From positions 42,829-106,828 of the forward strand of contig MNGN01000045.1 of NCBI GenBank assembly GCA_001918745.1: a stretch of DNA of 64,000 nucleotides, read 5' to 3'. Shown here in pieces: positions 1-9,814 of this stretch. A program made the position numbers and the translations under genes. Under the pieces are notes generated by a model. It was not told where the DNA came from and did no database searches. It saw nothing but the letters and a program-made list of their open reading frames with translations. This stretch comes from Crenarchaeota archaeon 13_1_40CM_3_52_17 (GTDB taxonomy: Archaea; Thermoproteota; Bathyarchaeia; 40CM-2-53-6). The first letter of the stretch is position 1. Each line of letters begins with the position of its first letter.

Positions 1-1
1 C

Positions 2-229
2 CTAGATTTTCCGGTCAACGTTATGGTGAGAAAAGGTCTACCGGAAATCAGCGAACTGCAGAGGCTCGGCGTTGCACGTGTAAGCCTCGGTCCCAGCGCA
101 TCCTATGCGGCGATGGGGCTCTTGAAACGAGCGGCGAAGGAGTTACTCGAGAAGGGAACCTACGAGAATCTTGTTGAGGGCGCGATAACGTTTGACGAGT
201 TGAACGCGCTGGCTGTCCCAAGAGCCTGA
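2..229 (+). CDS. isocitrate lyase/PEP-mutase superfamily protein, C-terminal fragment (5' end outside window)
   Basis: The frame of ORF 23..229 stays open back to nt 2 (LDFPVNVM...). The tail PEISELQRLGVARVSLGPSASYAAMG resembles the C-terminal region of PEP-mutase/ICL-family enzymes. Recognised by eye only. Confidence 0.5.
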   Translation, partial: LDFPVNVMVRKGLPEISELQRLGVARVSLGPSASYAAMGLLKRAAKELLEKGTYENLVEGAITFDELNALAVPRA

Positions 230-263
230 GGCTCTGAGAACCGGTAGTTAGATCTATATTTTG

Positions 264-1169
264 TCAAATCGTGGACGATTCGTGTTCCTGAATATTCTCA
301 AGCGTCTCCTTCTCCACTTGTAGGGTAACGTGTTCAATCCCGAACGAATCCTTCAATCTAGATGCTATTTTCCCCACTATCTTTGATCCGTCGCTGATCG
401 TGTCTGCCCCTACGGTGACGTGTCCGCTTAGCGCGTAGAGGCCTGATGTGATCGTCCAGACATGTAGGTCGTGAACTCCCTTTACTCCCTCAACGCCGCT
501 AATTGTCTTTGCTACAGTTTCTAGATCCATTTGTCTGGGAGTGGCTTCCAAGAGGATGTTGGTCGAGTCTCTGACTAGGCGGTAAGCGCTCAGCATGACT
601 AGAACTCCGATTATGGCTGCTGCGAGCGGGTCTATTCCCTGATAACCGGTGAGTATGACTATGAGGCTGCTGACGATGACGGCTACGGATGATAGCGCGT
701 CCCCGACAGTGTGGAGGAACACGCCCCGAACATTGAGGTTGGTCCCTCCTGATTGGGAGAGCAGTCCCGCGATACTGAGATTTCCCAGGAGACCGATTGA
801 TGCGATTGTTAGAACTAGCGGGCCTTGGACAGTGGGCGGCTGTTGGAGTCTAAGGTATGCTTCGTAGATTATTAGGAAAGCGACGGCTATGAGGGTCGAG
901 CCGTTGATCAGGGCTGCGAATATTTCGGCTCGATGGTATCCAAAGGTCCGTCTCGCTGTATGACGTTTCCGACCGAGTCGTAGAGTGAGAATTCCTACGC
1001 CTACCGCGAGAACATCAGTTAGTACATGGCCGGAATCGCTGATGAGTGCTAGGCTCTGGCCAAAGAAGCCTCCCGTGAACTCTACAATGACGATTACTGA
1101 GGATACGATGAAAGCAATCCAGAGACGCTTCTCAGCAGTCCGTGATGATGCTGAAAGATCTAGGCCCAC
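264..1169 (-). CDS. cation diffusion facilitator (CDF) family metal efflux transporter
   Basis: 301 aa with six predicted TM segments. CDF motifs HVLTDVLAV and FGYHRAEIFAALINGSTL are present, plus a C-terminal cytoplasmic domain (VHDLHVWTITSG). Confidence 0.9.
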   Translation of the reverse strand: MGLDLSASSRTAEKRLWIAFIVSSVIVIVEFTGGFFGQSLALISDSGHVLTDVLAVGVGILTLRLGRKRHTARRTFGYHRAEIFAALINGSTLIAVAFLIIYEAYLRLQQPPTVQGPLVLTIASIGLLGNLSIAGLLSQSGGTNLNVRGVFLHTVGDALSSVAVIVSSLIVILTGYQGIDPLAAAIIGVLVMLSAYRLVRDSTNILLEATPRQMDLETVAKTISGVEGVKGVHDLHVWTITSGLYALSGHVTVGADTISDGSKIVGKIASRLKDSFGIEHVTLQVEKETLENIQEHESSTI

Positions 1170-1219
1170 TCTTGGTGCTACCCCTGCGCTCTGTCGGAGT
1201 TAGAGTATTAGAAATGGGC

Positions 1220-2188
1220 TCAGGAACCGGAGTTCTTCACTTGGCGGTTGACGAGGAGGACTCCGGCGAGGATGAGTAGGAAGCTGACTGCTGTCCAGGG
1301 GCTCAGGTTTTCGCCAATGAGGACGGACGTCAGCACGCCGAAGACAGGGACGAGGTTGCCGAAGATTGCAGATCTGCCGGCTCCGATCTTCGAGACACCT
1401 TCTATGTAGAGGAAGTATCCAACTATGGTCGAGAGAATTGCTAGGTAGATGATTCCGAGCCATGAGCCAACGTTCCATGTGTACGTCCAAGGTGCTTCAA
1501 GGAGCGAGAAGGGGATTAGGAAGAACCAGCCGAAGAGGCTGATCCATGCCAGGATTGAGAGCGAGGATTGTTGAGGTCCATGATTGTCTGCGCGGTTCTT
1601 CGAGAAGAATCTTCTGAGTATGACGGTGTATAGAGCGTATGCGGTTGCGCCGCCGAAGACAAGAGTCACGCCTAGTGGTCTGTTGAGAACTTGAGTGTTG
1701 GGCGAGAGTACGGAGATGGTGATGATTCCTGCTAGTCCGGATGCGAAGCCGAGAATCTTGGTCCATGTGAGTCGTTCTTTGAGAATGAAGCTGGCCATGA
1801 TGGCTATGAGAACGGGTCCTATTCCGATGACTAAGGAATCGTCGCTGGCGGCTGCATATTTGACGCCGTAGAGAAAGAAGATCTGGTAGAGCGTTGTGTT
1901 GAGAATTCCCATTACGACCAGAGTTGGTATCCATGATCGGTTGATTTTGAAAGAACCCTCTCTTAACCAGAGGATGGCGAATAGCACGGGGACGACGATT
2001 GCGTATCTTATCGCGGCAATAGAGACAGGCGGGAGATTTGTAGCGAGGAGTCTTCCAACTGGCCACGCGAGTCCCCAGACGAACATTGTGAGGACAAGTC
2101 CACCGTAGACCGCCCAGTTCTGATGCTCCGTCTGGGGTATTGTCGAGCGAGCTGAAGCGACTGCTACTTCACCGGTTTTTTGTGGCAA
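1220..2188 (-). CDS. EamA/DMT-superfamily permease
   Basis: 322 aa and about 10 TM segments with a duplicated EamA-like architecture (RYAIVVPVLFAI..., C-terminal LLILAGVLLV). Confidence 0.8.
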   Translation of the reverse strand: MPQKTGEVAVASARSTIPQTEHQNWAVYGGLVLTMFVWGLAWPVGRLLATNLPPVSIAAIRYAIVVPVLFAILWLREGSFKINRSWIPTLVVMGILNTTLYQIFFLYGVKYAAASDDSLVIGIGPVLIAIMASFILKERLTWTKILGFASGLAGIITISVLSPNTQVLNRPLGVTLVFGGATAYALYTVILRRFFSKNRADNHGPQQSSLSILAWISLFGWFFLIPFSLLEAPWTYTWNVGSWLGIIYLAILSTIVGYFLYIEGVSKIGAGRSAIFGNLVPVFGVLTSVLIGENLSPWTAVSFLLILAGVLLVNRQVKNSGS

Positions 2189-2390
2189 GACTACACTCTA
2201 CGGACTTCAAACTCAGTCCTAAGTAGTTTGACTCCGAATCTTGCGCAAAAGTGTCTGAAACAGGGTCCCGTGTCGGATCACCTAATCCGGCCAAGATTGG
2301 GTTGGTATCTGTCGGTGAACGAAGATCCATTTTGATGATCACGCGTAAATAGCATAGAAAGTCAACCTCACCTCTCTCGACTGGCAACGT

Positions 2391-5090
2391 GTGCACGTGT
2401 TGAGCAAACCCGGTTCTTCCCAGGCTCGCTGGATAGGAATCCTCGCCTTCCTGCTTGTAATAACGCTCGGCGAGCTTACGGCTCTGATCCTAAATTATCA
2501 GAACAACTTCTACCTCCGCCAGTACATCTCAGACAATCTTAGCGCGACAGTCGTAGTTACGGCCGGCCTCCTTGCGTTCGCGTCTGGAGTCGCCTACCTA
2601 GTTTCGAAAAGGCTTGGAACGACTAAGGCCCAGGGACCTCACGTCCCGGTGTTCGCGAGAATCGGCTCCTTCGTAGATCGAAGATACAAACTCATAATCG
2701 TCTTCTGGATTCTACTCCTTGTCGCAAGTCTTCCTTTATCCCAGCAGCTTTCTCAGGTTGTCACCTCAAGCACTGGTGGCGGCCAATCCGGAAATTCAGA
2801 ATCCGCAAGAGCCCAGAAACTTATGGCTCAAGAGTTTCCCCATCCACAAGCCAACACCAGCGCAATAATTCTGCTTCAGGGAAACGATGTTACTGACAAC
2901 TCCACCAAACGATTCGCGATCGATTTAGAAAAACAGCTTCTAGTGCTGGGAACCCTGAACAGTGTTGAGAATGTAACATCTGTCTACAGTCTAGAGAGAG
3001 CAGTCCTAACGGCATTTTACTTGCAGCAGGGCTTCACCCCTGCGGCTGCACAATATCAAGCCAATCAGACATTATGGTCCCACACCCTCTCCACCTACCC
3101 AGTACCAATTCCACCCGCAATTCTCCAGAACTTCATCAGCCCCGACCACAGAGTCATGATCGTTCTTGTGAACTTCTCGAAATCCCCGGGCTCATTCGGC
3201 TCCGCGAATAATGATCCGATATTGAAGAACGTGGTAACCATGAGGAATGTTATCTCTCAACTGAAGGTTAGCGACGGGGGACCATCACAGACATTCGTTA
3301 CCGGAGACCTAGCTACCACCGCCGACTCTTCTCTGGGAAGCGAGAGAGATCTTAGTCTGATCGAGCCTGTCACAATAGGTGCGATACTCATTCTGGCTGG
3401 ATTGTTCTTTTTTGCAGTTGCCACGCCCTTCGTCCCGCTGACCATCGTCGGAATGGCACTAATGATCACGGAAGGGGGGCTCTATCTCATAGGCAAATAC
3501 ATCATTCCCATTCAGGACACGACAACGACGTTCCTGTTCACTATAATGCTTGGAGTTGGAACTGATTATTCCATTTTCTTGATGGCGCGCTATCGCGAGG
3601 AGCGGGTCAGCGGTCACGATAAGGCTGCGGCAGTCCAAACGTCTGTGACCTGGTCAGGAGAGAGCATCGCCACTAGTGCGACTACTGTCATAATCGCCTT
3701 TGGGGCGATGACGATAAGCAGCTTCACGCTGCTTCAATCGATTGGTGTCGGCCTTGGTTTCGGCGTCCTAATCGCTCTGCTCGTAAGTCTCACCCTGATC
3801 CCGTCCTTCATCTTGATAGCGGGTGATAGGATTTTCTGGCCGCGATCGGGCAAGAGATTCGAGAGCTACGCAATCAAGGCACGTAAGAAGAGAGATGAGA
3901 GACCAGGTTACTTCCGACGGGCTGCAAGCTTCAGCGTCAAGCGACCGGCCCTAGTCTTGGGGCTGACTTTGCTCATATCGATCCCTGCCATCTACATTTC
4001 ACTCACGGGAGTGACATCGTACGATTTTACCGCAGGCCTCACCCACGCTGAGAGTGTTGACGGTCTCGCGGTCTTGGAGAAGAGCTTCGGGGCCGGACAG
4101 ATAGGACCCACGCAAGTGCTTGTACAATTTCCGACAACAATTCTTACGAACGGGAACCTGACGAACGGTGCGCAGATCAGCCTGGACAAGTTGAGTGGGG
4201 ATTTTGCGGGCTTGTCAAATGTGAAGCAGGTGACCAGCCCCACTCGACCTAACGGCACCCCTGTGAATGCGACCGACCTGAGTAGCCTCCTGCCCCAAGA
4301 GAGGCTGGCGATCCTCGGAGACATCGGGAAGGATAATCGGACCGCGCTGGTGACGGTTCTATTCGATGACGAGCCCTTCACTGCACGGTCTCTCGACACC
4401 GTTAGTCAGATCCGAAGCCTAATCACGAGCCTTCGCAGTTCGGATGCATCACTTGCTCAGAACACGATACTTGTTGGAGGCGCCTCCGCCTCTACCTTGG
4501 ATTTTGCCAGCGAGACTGTCGGCCAGTTCAACACGATGAGAATCCTGACGGTCGCCGCCATATTCCTAGTACTGCTGGTAGTGCTAGGGTCGTATCCTCT
4601 TGCGATAACAGGGATTCTCTCGATTGGATTGAGTATCACTTGGGCGTATGCGGCCACTCTTCTCTTCTTCAACAATGTGTTGCAATCAGGCGTTCTGTTC
4701 ATCATCCCGCTTGTGTTGTTTCTGCTGCTCTATGGAATTGGCATGGATTACAACATCTTCATTCTAACGCGTATCCGGGAGGAAGCTCAGAAGGGGAAGG
4801 ATACTCGTCAGGCAGTGGTTGATGCGGTTGACCGGACCGGTGGAATCATTACTGCGCTGGCGTTGATCCTTGCTGGAGCGCTGGGTTCGCTGTTGTTGTC
4901 TTCTAATCGTCTGCTTGAAGGGTTCGGTTTCGCGATCGCCCTGGCGGTCGTGCTGGATGCGATGGTTGTGCGCACCTACCTCGTCCCCGCGATAATGTCG
5001 GTGCTGGGCCACAGAGCATGGTGGGGTCCTAATCGACTGAGGAGAGTCAGACTCGACAAGAAAGACGAGCCACAATCCGCAAACCCTTAG
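2391..5090 (+). CDS. MMPL/RND-superfamily membrane transporter
   Basis: 899 aa with two TM bundles. Each bundle carries the MMPL signature (GVGTDYSIFLMARYREE and GIGMDYNIFILTRIREE). Large extracytoplasmic loops and a GTG start. Confidence 0.85.
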   Translation: MHVLSKPGSSQARWIGILAFLLVITLGELTALILNYQNNFYLRQYISDNLSATVVVTAGLLAFASGVAYLVSKRLGTTKAQGPHVPVFARIGSFVDRRYKLIIVFWILLLVASLPLSQQLSQVVTSSTGGGQSGNSESARAQKLMAQEFPHPQANTSAIILLQGNDVTDNSTKRFAIDLEKQLLVLGTLNSVENVTSVYSLERAVLTAFYLQQGFTPAAAQYQANQTLWSHTLSTYPVPIPPAILQNFISPDHRVMIVLVNFSKSPGSFGSANNDPILKNVVTMRNVISQLKVSDGGPSQTFVTGDLATTADSSLGSERDLSLIEPVTIGAILILAGLFFFAVATPFVPLTIVGMALMITEGGLYLIGKYIIPIQDTTTTFLFTIMLGVGTDYSIFLMARYREERVSGHDKAAAVQTSVTWSGESIATSATTVIIAFGAMTISSFTLLQSIGVGLGFGVLIALLVSLTLIPSFILIAGDRIFWPRSGKRFESYAIKARKKRDERPGYFRRAASFSVKRPALVLGLTLLISIPAIYISLTGVTSYDFTAGLTHAESVDGLAVLEKSFGAGQIGPTQVLVQFPTTILTNGNLTNGAQISLDKLSGDFAGLSNVKQVTSPTRPNGTPVNATDLSSLLPQERLAILGDIGKDNRTALVTVLFDDEPFTARSLDTVSQIRSLITSLRSSDASLAQNTILVGGASASTLDFASETVGQFNTMRILTVAAIFLVLLVVLGSYPLAITGILSIGLSITWAYAATLLFFNNVLQSGVLFIIPLVLFLLLYGIGMDYNIFILTRIREEAQKGKDTRQAVVDAVDRTGGIITALALILAGALGSLLLSSNRLLEGFGFAIALAVVLDAMVVRTYLVPAIMSVLGHRAWWGPNRLRRVRLDKKDEPQSANP

Positions 5091-5198
5091 AGAGGTCAAG
5101 TCGGAGTGTTGTTGTGGATTTTGCTTACGTATCGAAATCCAAAGAAAAAATGTGGGAAAGAGGGCTGTAAAAGTGAGTGAAGAACAGATTGCTATCGG

Positions 5199-5456
5199 TT
5201 ACCTTGTTGTGTGGGTTGGAGGGCAGTGAGATGACCTGTCAGCAAGTGCGTCTCTGGCGTTGTCTGAGGCTTGGCTTGGAAGGGAGGTGGGATGTGTAAA
5301 GGTGCATTGTGGGGTCTTGTCTGGATCTGCCGGATGATTAGTGTGCGCAGCTGCGTGAGTTACGCCTGACGCTAGTACAATCACTGCTGGTGATGCCGCA
5401 GCGACTATTGTTATCGCTAGCAGGGCAAGCAGTTTTGTCTTCATGTTTTTTCCCAT
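5199..5456 (-). CDS. small secreted His/Pro/Thr-rich protein (hypothetical)
   Basis: 85 aa with a signal-peptide-like N-terminus (MKTKLLALLAITIVAAASPAVIVLASG). No family recognised. Confidence 0.35.
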   Translation of the reverse strand: MGKNMKTKLLALLAITIVAAASPAVIVLASGVTHAAAHTNHPADPDKTPQCTFTHPTSLPSQASDNARDALADRSSHCPPTHTTR

Positions 5457-5600
5457 CCCAGCCTATAGGTTCAGGAGATATGAATCAAGACTTTTGAACA
5501 CCGCAGATAATAGGGCGCTCCAAGGGTGAAAGGGACATAGATCGATCTGCATGTAGAACATTCAATCCTGAGCTATCATCCCGAATGGAGACTCTGAGTC

Positions 5601-6107
5601 TTGCCTAAGCTACTTGTTCTCTACATGTCGAGGAAAGATGAGGATGACTTCCTAGAGTATGTCAGATCGCTTGGCAATCTTCTGATTCTACCCGGGACTT
5701 CGCCTGGTTCCGACTTTGCGCCTGTGGACAGTCTTCCTGAGCCGTCTCAGGACGAATCAACCCGGAGGTTTTGGTTGCAGTATACTAGCTCGGGGATACC
5801 TCTTGTCACCGAGCAGGTCCCAGAGAAGGGACTCTTTGTGGTTGATGGATTTCAGTCGCCTGTTATCGAGTTCTGGCGTTCTTGGATGGTATCGCAAGTC
5901 ATGTTGCCGGGCGGGATCCAAACTGACATGAACTACGTGGATGATGAGAGACACGATCTGGCGAAGAAACCTGCAGAGTTCCGGAACTGGTTTGGTTCAA
6001 TAGATGGTTGGATACGGAAGAACTACACGCGTTTGGGAATCTACATCTTCCTGGGTCCCGGCGCTCGAAAGTTCAGGGAAGAAGGAGGAATACTGCAGGG
6101 ACGATAG
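5601..6107 (+). CDS. hypothetical protein
   Basis: 168-aa ORF with a TTG start and non-repetitive, globular-looking composition. No family recognised. Confidence 0.45.
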   Translation: MPKLLVLYMSRKDEDDFLEYVRSLGNLLILPGTSPGSDFAPVDSLPEPSQDESTRRFWLQYTSSGIPLVTEQVPEKGLFVVDGFQSPVIEFWRSWMVSQVMLPGGIQTDMNYVDDERHDLAKKPAEFRNWFGSIDGWIRKNYTRLGIYIFLGPGARKFREEGGILQGR

Positions 6108-6210
6108 AGGATTGCGGAATAGCGGGCTGTTCGAGTAGTTCGCGAACTTTCCTTGATCATGACCGAAGAGAACTAACGGCTAATTACTACGGGCTAGCTT
6201 AGGGACTCAC

Positions 6211-6741
6211 ATGGAGCAAACTGTAACCTTTCGCGGTATAGTCGAAGATATGATTCGCAAGTTGGGGGAGGCGACAGAGCCTGGCCAGACGCTTGGGACA
6301 TCAAGGGCTGACGTGAAACTGACTGGTCGACAATACCAGGAAGCGAAAGTTGGCAAGTTCACTCTGGCATGCGACGAGCCAGTCCCAGTCGGAGGGACGG
6401 ATAAGGCCGCGACGCCGCTCGAATTTTTCATGTCGGCTATAGGCTTCTGTGAGAACGTGATGTTCACCCGGTACGCGACGCTTCTCAACTTGCAGTTCGA
6501 CTCCCTAGAAACCTCTGTGAGGGGTCACTGGGACCGTAGGGGACAATACGGTATTGGTGGGGCGGAACCATCGTTCAAGGACGTGACAGTCGAAACCAAG
6601 GTAACCACGAAGGACTCGGTTGAGAAGGTGGTCGAGGTGACGAGGAATACTCACAGAGGATGCCCGATGCACGCAACTATTGTGAAAGCAATGAAAGTTA
6701 CCGACAAGCTTTTCGTCAACGGAAAAGAGATCCCGCTCTAA
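6211..6741 (+). CDS. OsmC/Ohr-family (peroxiredoxin-like) protein
   Basis: 176 aa. It has the OsmC-like segments TPLEFFMSAIGFCENVMF and the C-terminal GCPMHATI with the conserved Cys pair. Confidence 0.8.
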   Translation: MEQTVTFRGIVEDMIRKLGEATEPGQTLGTSRADVKLTGRQYQEAKVGKFTLACDEPVPVGGTDKAATPLEFFMSAIGFCENVMFTRYATLLNLQFDSLETSVRGHWDRRGQYGIGGAEPSFKDVTVETKVTTKDSVEKVVEVTRNTHRGCPMHATIVKAMKVTDKLFVNGKEIPL

Positions 6742-6765
6742 CCTGGGCAGCAAGAAATCATATCT

Positions 6766-7152
6766 ATGCCTGCGACCGATATTCCGATCATGCGTGGCTA
6801 TGTTGACGGGTTTGTTCTGGCTGTCCCCAAGAAGAAGATACGGGCGTACAAGCGACTGGCTGAGAAGGCCGCGAGAGTCTGGCGGAAACATGGTGCACTT
6901 GACTATGTCGAAGCTGTTGGCAACGACCTCGGCTCAAAATGGGCCGGAATCAAGTTCCCCAGAACCGTGAAGGCGAAGCCTGGCGAGACAGTCATATTCT
7001 CCTATATCGTGTTCAAGGATCGCAAGCATAGAGACTTAGTCAATGCGAAGGTGATGAGGGATCCGTTGATGAAAGATGCACCGGCTGAGCAGATGCCGTT
7101 TGATATGAAACGTATGGTCTACGGCGGATTCAAAGTGATCGTCGAATCCTAG
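6766..7152 (+). CDS. DUF1428-family protein
   Basis: 128 aa. YVDGFVLAVPKKKIRAYKRLAEKAARVWRKHGALDYVE matches my recollection of the DUF1428 N-terminus. Confidence 0.75.
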   Translation: MPATDIPIMRGYVDGFVLAVPKKKIRAYKRLAEKAARVWRKHGALDYVEAVGNDLGSKWAGIKFPRTVKAKPGETVIFSYIVFKDRKHRDLVNAKVMRDPLMKDAPAEQMPFDMKRMVYGGFKVIVES

Positions 7153-7243
7153 CGCCCGAACTACACTCCGAAGTAAGGCCAACAGGAGATTAGATTTCCT
7201 GCACTCTCCTGCTTATTCTCGTAGACAGCGATAACCTGTCTTC

Positions 7244-7411
7244 ATGGATCGCGGTCTCGAGCCTCAGCTGTTCTGTCGGACGTGCAGCACCCCTACAACT
7301 CATGAAACAATGTACCGTTCTGACAACGAGTTCATCGGAAAAATTCTCGTCTGCGAACACTGCGGCGAAACGGTCTTCCAACCACTAAGGAATGGATGCG
7401 CAGACTGCTAA
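7244..7411 (+). CDS. small zinc-ribbon protein (55 aa, not in ORF track)
   Basis: Hand translation gives MDRGLEPQLFCRTCSTPTTHETMYRSDNEFIGKILVCEHCGETVFQPLRNGCADC*. It has three CxxC pairs. It converges on and overlaps the low-complexity tail of 7332..8228. Confidence 0.4.
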   Translation: MDRGLEPQLFCRTCSTPTTHETMYRSDNEFIGKILVCEHCGETVFQPLRNGCADC

Positions 7412-8228
7412 GTGTCTTCCAGGAATCTGCGCGCCTATTTTTCTTGGGACCCTTTAACCAGCCCGAGATGCCGATCTCTTTTTTCCTGGCCTCACCCAGG
7501 TTCTCGAGTGCGACTTCGCCGTTGGCTTTTAGATGAAGATGTCGCCAGCGTGAGTCGCAGAACTTGCCGCGTAAGGATCTGACCCTAACGTAGTTTTCAA
7601 TTTGCCCCTCCTCTTCTTTCACTTTGAAATCGATTACTCCGTTGCACTGTGCTTCGAATTGCTTGTAGAACGATTCAGACCAGACGCCCGTGACAACAGA
7701 GTGGAAGATTGAGAGGTCGAGAATCCGGGTCTCTTGAAAGACACGGGTCTGAAAGAGGTCCAGAACATCTTGCTCCTTGAAATACCGATTATAGATCGAA
7801 GTGTTATCGTCCAAGTGCAACCATCCCTTGTCGGTCTCAGGTGCGCCTTCGTGGAGTAGCCTTGTAATGTTCACAGTGTACTTTTCTAAGAATGAGGGAT
7901 CGTTGAGGGAGACTTGTGGGCGTCCAGCGATCAGACGCCCTGGCTCTGGTTGAATTGGGAGAGCGGTCAGTCCAGTGTAACTGTCTATTAGTCTAAATCT
8001 ATCTTCATTTTCTAGGCTCTCAAGATTTGTCGTGAGGTTCTGAAGCGCCTCTCGGACCTCGACCGGAACGTGCATGAAAGTATGATATTGAGTTCGCACT
8101 CCAGCCTTGAGGGCTTGGGCCGCAATGGTTAGAGAGGTTTCGTACCAGAGGGAGTTCGGCTCAAACTCGACCAGATAGTTCGCGCTGTGAGTGAATCCGC
8201 CTGGGACGATGTCGCTGAGGATGGGCAC
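7332..8228 (-). CDS. KaiC/RecA-like fold protein lacking a Walker A motif
   Basis: 298 aa. The N-terminus IVPGGFTHSANYLVEFEPNSLWYETSLTIAAQAL aligns by eye with the KaiC-like GGxxxGxxxLxxGxxGxGKT region, but GxGKT is replaced. The C-terminal VRVRSLRGKFCDSRW resembles the KaiC-like KxRG strand. The last ~40 aa look like non-coding read-through. Confidence 0.55.
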   Translation of the reverse strand: MPILSDIVPGGFTHSANYLVEFEPNSLWYETSLTIAAQALKAGVRTQYHTFMHVPVEVREALQNLTTNLESLENEDRFRLIDSYTGLTALPIQPEPGRLIAGRPQVSLNDPSFLEKYTVNITRLLHEGAPETDKGWLHLDDNTSIYNRYFKEQDVLDLFQTRVFQETRILDLSIFHSVVTGVWSESFYKQFEAQCNGVIDFKVKEEEGQIENYVRVRSLRGKFCDSRWRHLHLKANGEVALENLGEARKKEIGISGWLKGPKKNRRADSWKTLSSLRIHSLVVGRPFRRSVRRREFFR

Positions 8229-8322
8229 GTGGACTTCGAGAGGCGTCAGCGAATCACTCCAGGAGGACAGGGTCTGTCGAGTGATTCAGACTACTTGTTC
8301 CTTTCGCATTTCATTGAACAGC

Positions 8323-8760
8323 TCATGGAATATGGATCAATTCTTTCTCTGCGAAGATTCCTTCGCTTCCATCCTTCCGTTCATGCGTGACCATGTTCTT
8401 CCATGACCTCCGGGCGGGATCCCAGCTGAACGTGTTGAACCATGGCCCGACTGTATAGTCGAATTTGAAGCGGATCGAGTTGTCCCTGCGTGTGCCGATT
8501 CCTGGGACAGGTTTCGAGGTCACACCGAACGTGTCGAAAAGATGCAGAACGTACTCACCGGTCTTCTTGTCGTATCCGATCAGATAGAGTGCCTCATAGT
8601 CAGGGTTTCCTCCCTCGCCAGCCTTCACGGGGGAGAAGCGAATCTCCACGAACAATTCTCGTAGAACCCATCTTGCGTTGACCTCCTGGTAGAGTGCAAC
8701 ATCTCCCATCTTTCCAGTCAGAGACCAGCGACCGACTAGGTTGTTGAGAAGATCGTCCAA
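8323..8760 (-). CDS. hypothetical protein (possibly DUF1579-like beta-barrel)
   Basis: 145-aa ORF with clean composition (LVGRWSLTGKMGD...YLIGYDKKTGEYVLHLFD). The family call is tentative. Confidence 0.5.
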   Translation of the reverse strand: MDDLLNNLVGRWSLTGKMGDVALYQEVNARWVLRELFVEIRFSPVKAGEGGNPDYEALYLIGYDKKTGEYVLHLFDTFGVTSKPVPGIGTRRDNSIRFKFDYTVGPWFNTFSWDPARRSWKNMVTHERKDGSEGIFAEKELIHIP

Positions 8761-8842
8761 AGTTCGACTCGCGCAGGATTATTTCTGGGGGTATAACTTG
8801 AACTCATCAAGCATAATACGAACCGACGGGTTAGGACTGGAC

Positions 8843-9802
8843 ATGATGCAGAGGGCAGAAGCCAAGGTGATTCCGTTTCGTGGAAATGGACCCTACTGTT
8901 ACTCTAACACGGCGTCGATGCTTCTCTCTACTATCGGGGAACAGGTTTCACCTCAAGAGATGGAAGCTTACACTGGCGTGGGTCTGGGAGCGTTCTGGCT
9001 GCCTAAGGAGAAGCTTCTTTTCTTCAGCAGCATATCCAACCCGCCTGATCTAGGAATAACCCGAGCTCTTCACTTGCTAGGTTTTAGCTTCGAGGAGAAG
9101 ATGACCAGCGATCCGGGAAAGCCCCCGTTTGAACAGTTGAGATCCGACCTATCCAGCTCAGCAGCGATCTTAGGACCCTTGGACATGGGATACTTGACGC
9201 ATAACCCATTGCACAAGAGGATGATGGGCGCCGACCACTTCGTCCTAGCCTACCGATTCGAGAAGGACGGAGTCTTGATTCATGACCCAGAAGGCTTCCC
9301 TAGCGTTGTTCTTCCGTTTCGACAACTTGAGCTGGCCTGGCGGGCAGACGGTATACCCTACCACCGGGGACACTATCGCTATTGGACTCATCCACGACGT
9401 ATGCACCATCCGAACCGGGATGAACTATACGACTCGACTCTCAAATCTTTCAAGGATGTATACTCGGAGGCCGGAAACCTGGCGACGAAGCAAAACCTTC
9501 CTATCGACGCGAAAGCCATCAATACTCTTTCCAAGCATGTGAAGCAGGAAAGGGTCTCACCGGCTGAACGAGGCTTCATGGTGTTCTTTTCGCTCAAACT
9601 GGGAGCACGCCGAGCCCTAGACTTCGCCAGCCTCTTCGGATCTAAGAGTCCAGAATTAGCGCGTTTGAAAGAGAAACAGTCAGAACTCTTCGGTGCGCTG
9701 CAAAGGCTCGCAGTGCAGAAGAAATGGACTAAGTTTGCAGGGTCACTGGAACAACTCGCCCAAGTCGAAACAGAATTTCGAGACGCACTCGTCTCAAGCT
9801 GA
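8843..9802 (+). CDS. hypothetical protein with papain-like (C39/BtrH-N-like) Cys...His...Asp pattern
   Basis: The ORF track starts at 8741; I prefer the ATG at 8843 (MMQRAEAK...). GNGPYCYSNTASMLL, ADHFVLAY and IHDPEG are arranged like a cysteine-peptidase-fold triad. This is inference only. Confidence 0.6.
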   Translation: MMQRAEAKVIPFRGNGPYCYSNTASMLLSTIGEQVSPQEMEAYTGVGLGAFWLPKEKLLFFSSISNPPDLGITRALHLLGFSFEEKMTSDPGKPPFEQLRSDLSSSAAILGPLDMGYLTHNPLHKRMMGADHFVLAYRFEKDGVLIHDPEGFPSVVLPFRQLELAWRADGIPYHRGHYRYWTHPRRMHHPNRDELYDSTLKSFKDVYSEAGNLATKQNLPIDAKAINTLSKHVKQERVSPAERGFMVFFSLKLGARRALDFASLFGSKSPELARLKEKQSELFGALQRLAVQKKWTKFAGSLEQLAQVETEFRDALVSS

Positions 9803-9814
9803 AACGCCTAGACG

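Noticed and set aside
1497-2066. 189-aa ORF overlapping the EamA permease gene
   Set aside because: It is an Arg/Ser/His-rich out-of-frame translation of a well-supported membrane protein gene, with no independent signal.
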